This document shows, one piece after another, positions 25,941-29,701 of a DNA stretch of 29,701 nucleotides (position 1 is the stretch's first letter; the number at the start of each line of letters is the position of its first letter). This DNA comes from a virus, in the UHGV virus genome UHGV-0181887; one strand, 5' to 3'. The position numbers and the translations under genes are program-made. The notes beneath the pieces were generated by a model. That model had not been told where the DNA came from. It worked only from the letters and a program-made list of their open reading frames with translations, and searched no databases.

Positions 25941-26363
25941 GCCAGGCTATCACCTCACTCAGGGACATAGTGAAAACCTCTGAGGGCGGCCAGTTGAAAA
26001 TAACTGCTATATCAGCAACCAGATCATCGATCAGGTCAAAGTGGGGCGCGTTTACTCGCTCTCCGTCTCCGTCTCGTTCTTCGTGCCAGGCTCCTTCGGC
26101 GCTAAAAAAGGCGTTAGTACCTCGCAAAGTTCAACAAAGTCAGATGTTTCCATTTCACTGATTTCTTTGAGCTTCAGGCGTGGGGAAGTGCAGCGGGTTA
26201 ACAGGGTGCTGATGCTGTCCACGTCCATATTCATAACGTTCACCAGGCGAAGGCCGCGCAGGGAGCCAGCCTGTTTCACTTCGTCAGTGATCGTGATGGT
26301 TTTGATTTCGTTGCCGTCGCGGGAGATCGGGCGGGTCAGTGTTACGGTGTTTTCTTGAGTCAT
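25891..26363 (-). CDS. E+E': Tail assembly chaperone E+E' (product of -1 programmed frameshift)
   Basis: E frame 26363-26052 and overlapping -1 frame ending at 25891; translation across the slip site changes from ...LTPFLAPKEPG to ...LTPFFSAEGAWHEE, matching the track ORF 25891..26127. Confidence 0.7.
26052..26363 (-). CDS. E: Tail assembly chaperone E (P2 gpE-like)
   Basis: 103-aa ORF between the tail tube and tape measure genes; contains the slippery site near its 3' end. Confidence 0.8.
   Translation of the reverse strand: MTQENTVTLTRPISRDGNEIKTITITDEVKQAGSLRGLRLVNVMNMDVDSISTLLTRCTSPRLKLKEISEMETSDFVELCEVLTPFLAPKEPGTKNETETESE
26103..26109 (-). promoter_or_regulatory. Slippery heptamer T_TTT_TTA for -1 ribosomal frameshift (E to E+E')
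   Basis: Minus-strand zero-frame codons CCT TTT TTA GCG; slipping -1 gives TTT TTT AGC GCC, continuing into the E' ORF. Confidence 0.65.
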
Positions 26364-26417
26364 CGTTTTAATCTCCGGGCGGCATCACCACGATGCCGCG
26401 CCTGTAGTGGTTGTTGG

Positions 26418-26930
26418 TTACCCCATGCCCAGCGCGGACATCACGCGGGAAGGGTAAATATTTTCGCCGTTGCGTTTGTACACGAAGTTCAGCAGGTCAA
26501 TTTCCCAGATGGGCTTATCGTCAATTGACAGCTTGTAGTACGTGTTTTTAATGGCGTAGGTGACGGATGTATCTTCGCCCTGTTTGCTTTCGCCGCCGTC
26601 GATTTCGGTGAATTTGCCGCGCATTTCCACGTCAACGATCTGGCTTTCGCCGGATGTGTAATATTCCCCGGTGAATCGGATAAGCGTACCGTCCAGATCG
26701 CCGCCGTATTCCAGTAGCAAAGCCTGAACCAGGCCGCCTACAACCATCGTGGCATCAAGCGCGCCGCTATCCAGTCCGAGATCGACAGCAACAGAGCCAA
26801 TCATCCCGCCGCCCTGATAGTCGTCAGTTTTGCGGGTCAGTTTTGGCAGCGTGACAGATGTCACTTTGCCGATATTGTTCACGCTGTTCACAAAGCAGGT
26901 GAACAGCCGTAGTTTTGGTGGAATCGCCAT
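26418..26930 (-). CDS. FII: Tail tube protein (P2 gpFII-like)
   Basis: 170 aa; N-terminus and internal KLTRK...GGGM...VDLGLD segments resemble P2 FII (recalled from memory). Confidence 0.85.
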   Translation of the reverse strand: MAIPPKLRLFTCFVNSVNNIGKVTSVTLPKLTRKTDDYQGGGMIGSVAVDLGLDSGALDATMVVGGLVQALLLEYGGDLDGTLIRFTGEYYTSGESQIVDVEMRGKFTEIDGGESKQGEDTSVTYAIKNTYYKLSIDDKPIWEIDLLNFVYKRNGENIYPSRVMSALGMG

Positions 26931-28121
26931 TTAGTTACTCCCCAGAGACGAAAACGCGCCTTCAAAATATTCATCGGTGAACGTCTGGATCAGCGTCAAA
27001 TCTTCCATCGGTGGCACTGGCGTGTACTTGTAGCGGATCGCCACTTTGCCCTGAATCAGGTTTGCGGTTCCGTTGTCCACGATGTCAAACCAGGCTTCCG
27101 CGCCAAGCAACTTGCCAGCTGTGACCAGTGCACTGAGTTTCTTGTTAATCGCGCTCACCACGTCTTTCACGTTGGTCGGGGTGAGTGGCCCGTCAATGGT
27201 TTCAAATTGCGCCTCTGCGATGGTGTCCGCCAGGATTTGCGCCGTGCGGGTGTACACCTCAAACACAAATTCATTGGTGTCTGTGGTGCGGTTACCCCAG
27301 AAACGGAAGCCATTACGCTTGATGATGGTGGTGATTTCAGCGTTGTTCAGCGTCTGTGCGTCACTGTCTTCAGCCTGAAGCGCCCAGAAAACATCCTTCG
27401 AAATGCCAAGCACATTGCTGACGGCAATGTTAGATAGCGAGCGGTGCCAGCCGTACTGGTTATCAATAAACGCGCGCAGCCCTACCGCATAGGCCGGGGC
27501 CGGGAATACTTCATTTTCCCCGGACACCTGGTTATATGCGATGTAGTCAGGCCAGATCAGCGTGAGTTCGCGTGATGCGAAGGTTTTACGATACGCGAGG
27601 GCTTCCGCCAGCGTCTTGCAGCCGTTACAGCTTGCATAAACATAGGCGCGAAGCTGTTTGGCGATCACACAAAGCTGTGCCGTCACTTCTTCGGTGTCGT
27701 ATTCAGGAACCGCCAGGATGCGCGGTCGATACTGTGTCTTCTGTTCGGCAGTCAGAAGCGCATACATGCCGGTGTAGTTACCTTCAGCATCAGAGCCACC
27801 GATAATTAGTTGCGCTTGCGTTTTCGCTTCTGCGTCGCCTTCCAGCGGCTTGGCTGCGGCGACACGAACAACAATGACTTTCGCGCTTGCCTGGTCTGAA
27901 ATGGCTTTCAGCGTTTTGTACAGCGTCCCTGTTTTCCCCGCCTTGCCCAGCATCGACTGAGGCCGCGTGATAAGCGTTGGGGTGTTGAGTGGAAATGCGT
28001 CTTCGTCCGCGTCATCAGCGATGACAATTACGCCAATGACGCTGGAGTCAATGTCGTTAATTACCTTCGTGATGTCGGTTTCTTCTTTGGTGCGAGCACC
28101 GTGAAAACGTGTCTCAGACAT
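26931..28121 (-). CDS. FI: Contractile tail sheath protein (P2 gpFI-like)
   Basis: 396 aa from ATG 28121 (GGTGA RBS; track ORF begins 12 nt upstream at 28133); segments RPRILAVPEYDTEEV, IRRNGFRFWGNRT and YKYTPVPPMEDLTL resemble P2 FI. Confidence 0.9.
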   Translation of the reverse strand: MSETRFHGARTKEETDITKVINDIDSSVIGVIVIADDADEDAFPLNTPTLITRPQSMLGKAGKTGTLYKTLKAISDQASAKVIVVRVAAAKPLEGDAEAKTQAQLIIGGSDAEGNYTGMYALLTAEQKTQYRPRILAVPEYDTEEVTAQLCVIAKQLRAYVYASCNGCKTLAEALAYRKTFASRELTLIWPDYIAYNQVSGENEVFPAPAYAVGLRAFIDNQYGWHRSLSNIAVSNVLGISKDVFWALQAEDSDAQTLNNAEITTIIKRNGFRFWGNRTTDTNEFVFEVYTRTAQILADTIAEAQFETIDGPLTPTNVKDVVSAINKKLSALVTAGKLLGAEAWFDIVDNGTANLIQGKVAIRYKYTPVPPMEDLTLIQTFTDEYFEGAFSSLGSN

Positions 28122-28194
28122 GTTTGTCACCATTACGTTTTGTTGAGTTCGCCACCATGATTGCTGATTGACGTAACGGCTTCACGCCTTTCTG

Positions 28195-28223
28195 GTTGTG
28201 CTATCTCTCTGACAACTAAAACG
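28195..28223. promoter_or_regulatory. Late-promoter activator site (Ogr box TGT-N12-ACA) in the divergent FI/D region
   Basis: TGT 28197-28199, 12-nt spacer, ACA 28212-28214; 24 of 29 positions identical to the P/O element at 11021-11049. Confidence 0.6.
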
Positions 28224-28274
28224 AATTCTCCCACGCGCGCTCGCGTGGAATTATTCAGCAAAACGGGAGGGTGT

Positions 28275-29408
28275 ATGAGTGTTTCAGTGATCAGCAGTAT
28301 GATTTCGGGCGCGGCTGGCGGTGTCGATGACATCCTGACGGAGGCGTTAAAAATACCGGCATTCAGCGTCCGGCAGGGCGGAAAGGTGTTAACAGAATTA
28401 TCAGATCGCGTGATATCCATCAGCCTGACGGACAACAGGGGATTTGACGCCGATCAGCTGACATTAGAGCTGGATGATACTGATGGAAGCGTTGCCCTTC
28501 CGCCGCGCGGTGCTGAGTTGTCTTTCTGGCTGGGGTGGATGGGTGAAGCGCTGGTTTATAAGGGCGTGTACACGGTTGATGAAGTCGCGCATGACGGGCC
28601 GCCAGACCGTATCACGGTGACCGCCAGGAGTGCAGATTTCAGAGAAGAGTTTAACGTGAAGCGTGAAGTCTCCTGGCATGATGTGACTGTGGAGCGGGTT
28701 GTGTCCGCTATCGCAAAACGGTATGACCTGACGCCGCAAATCAGCGATCTGTTAATGGATGTGGAAATTGACCACGCCGATCAGACTCAGGAAAGCGATA
28801 TGTCATTTCTGACCAGAATGGCGGAAATGTTAGGGGCCATCGCCACGGTAAAAAATGGCAGTCTGTTATTTATCGTGCCGGGTGGTGGTTTCACAGCATC
28901 AGGGAAGGCTATTCCGTCGATTGCCATCACGCGCAGCAGTGGCGACCGGCACCGCTTCCGCGTTGCTGATCGTGACGCTTATACCGGCGTCCGCGCGTAC
29001 TGGCTTGATCTGAATTACGGGAAAAAGAAAAAGGTCAGTGTCCGCCGCCGAGCCACAACGAAAAAAAAGGATAAGAGCAGCAGCAGGGAAGGTGACTACA
29101 TTGAAGGCGCTGAAGGTAACGTTTTTATTATGCGTAAAACCTTCCAGAACGAAGAGGCCGCCAGGCGCGCAGCGGCGGCGAAGTGGCAGCAGTTACAGCG
29201 CGGCGCGGCGGAGTTTTCGATCACCCTGGCGCGCGGGCGCGCGGAGTTGTACCCGGAAATGCATTCGACGGTAACCGGCTTTAAGGCAGATATTGACGCC
29301 CAGGACTGGATAATCAGTAAGGTACAGCATGATGTTGATAGTAATGGATTCACAACACAGCTTAACTTTGAAGCAAAAATATCTGACTGGATCGCAGAAA
29401 CTGAATAG
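28275..29408 (+). CDS. D: Tail protein D / late control gene D (P2 gpD-like)
   Basis: 377 aa from ATG 28275 (GGGAGG RBS); the track ORF from TTG 28161 would include the promoter element; position next to ogr as in P2. Confidence 0.8.
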   Translation: MSVSVISSMISGAAGGVDDILTEALKIPAFSVRQGGKVLTELSDRVISISLTDNRGFDADQLTLELDDTDGSVALPPRGAELSFWLGWMGEALVYKGVYTVDEVAHDGPPDRITVTARSADFREEFNVKREVSWHDVTVERVVSAIAKRYDLTPQISDLLMDVEIDHADQTQESDMSFLTRMAEMLGAIATVKNGSLLFIVPGGGFTASGKAIPSIAITRSSGDRHRFRVADRDAYTGVRAYWLDLNYGKKKKVSVRRRATTKKKDKSSSREGDYIEGAEGNVFIMRKTFQNEEAARRAAAAKWQQLQRGAAEFSITLARGRAELYPEMHSTVTGFKADIDAQDWIISKVQHDVDSNGFTTQLNFEAKISDWIAETE

Positions 29409-29424
29409 AATGGCGATGAGTTCA

Positions 29425-29439
29425 ACTCCCCAGGGGAGT
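29425..29439. promoter_or_regulatory. 15-bp perfect palindrome ACTCCCCAGGGGAGT overlapping the ogr ribosome-binding region
   Basis: Read directly; centred on 29432, ends 8 nt before the ogr ATG; function (operator versus SD-sequestering hairpin) unknown. Confidence 0.35.
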
Positions 29440-29446
29440 CACCATT

Positions 29447-29701
29447 ATGTTCAGATGCCCACATTGCGGCGCTACGGCCCGCACACGTACCAGTAAGCCA
29501 CTAAACGAAGAGCAGACCATCTACCGGCAGTATCACCAGTGCCAGAACATGGAATGCGGATTGTCATTCACCACGCTTAACAGCGTTGAAAAGATAGTCA
29601 CTAAACGTGAGCGCCGCGAAGAGTTATCCCCTGATTTTATCCCTGCCGGTGTTTTTCCTGCCTCGCATTACGGACGCGATCAGCTAAATTTAGCGATATG
29701 A
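29447..29701 (+). CDS. ogr: Late-gene transcription activator, zinc-finger (Ogr/Delta family)
   Basis: 84 aa; Cys4 motif CPHCG...CQNMEC; terminal gene of the prophage, stop at the window end. Confidence 0.85.
   Translation: MFRCPHCGATARTRTSKPLNEEQTIYRQYHQCQNMECGLSFTTLNSVEKIVTKRERREELSPDFIPAGVFPASHYGRDQLNLAI

Noticed and set aside
28161-28274. N-terminal extension of D from a TTG at 28161
   Set aside because: Would place the Ogr-box promoter element inside the coding sequence; ATG 28275 has a strong GGGAGG RBS.
1-29701. CRISPR arrays, rRNA/tRNA genes, IS elements or transposase genes
   Set aside because: No regularly spaced short direct repeats, no tRNA-like cloverleaf candidates beyond the boundary hairpin, and no transposase-like ORFs or terminal inverted repeats were found on reading both strands.

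Overview
The window is almost entirely one P2-like (Peduovirus-type) temperate myovirus prophage, apparently complete from the integrase at the left edge to the Ogr zinc-finger activator at the right edge, so attR lies beyond the window. Calls rest on reading the six-frame translations for family motifs and on P2 gene order as established knowledge; no database search was possible. Gene order is int, C repressor, cox, small early genes, Dam methylase, replication initiator A, an accessory island, cos, portal Q and terminase P (minus strand), capsid genes O-N-M-L, lysis genes, tail completion, baseplate, tail fibre H and Tfa, a second accessory island, then U-T-E/E'-FII-FI on the minus strand, then D and ogr on the plus strand. 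The most interesting loci are the two cargo islands at the classical P2 variable positions. Island 1 (about 6771-8171, between A and cos) carries an 11-codon leader ORF with a perfect Shine-Dalgarno, an intrinsic terminator, and a 167-aa membrane-anchored protein of unknown function: a candidate uncharacterised exclusion or abortive-infection module. Island 2 (about 21299-22430) carries an AT-rich acyltransferase-3 membrane protein, a likely lysogenic-conversion gene. The tail core block FI-FII-E-T-U is inverted relative to canonical P2, separating D from its operon, and the same 29-bp Ogr-box element sits in both divergent late-promoter regions. No rRNA, tRNA, CRISPR array or IS element was seen.
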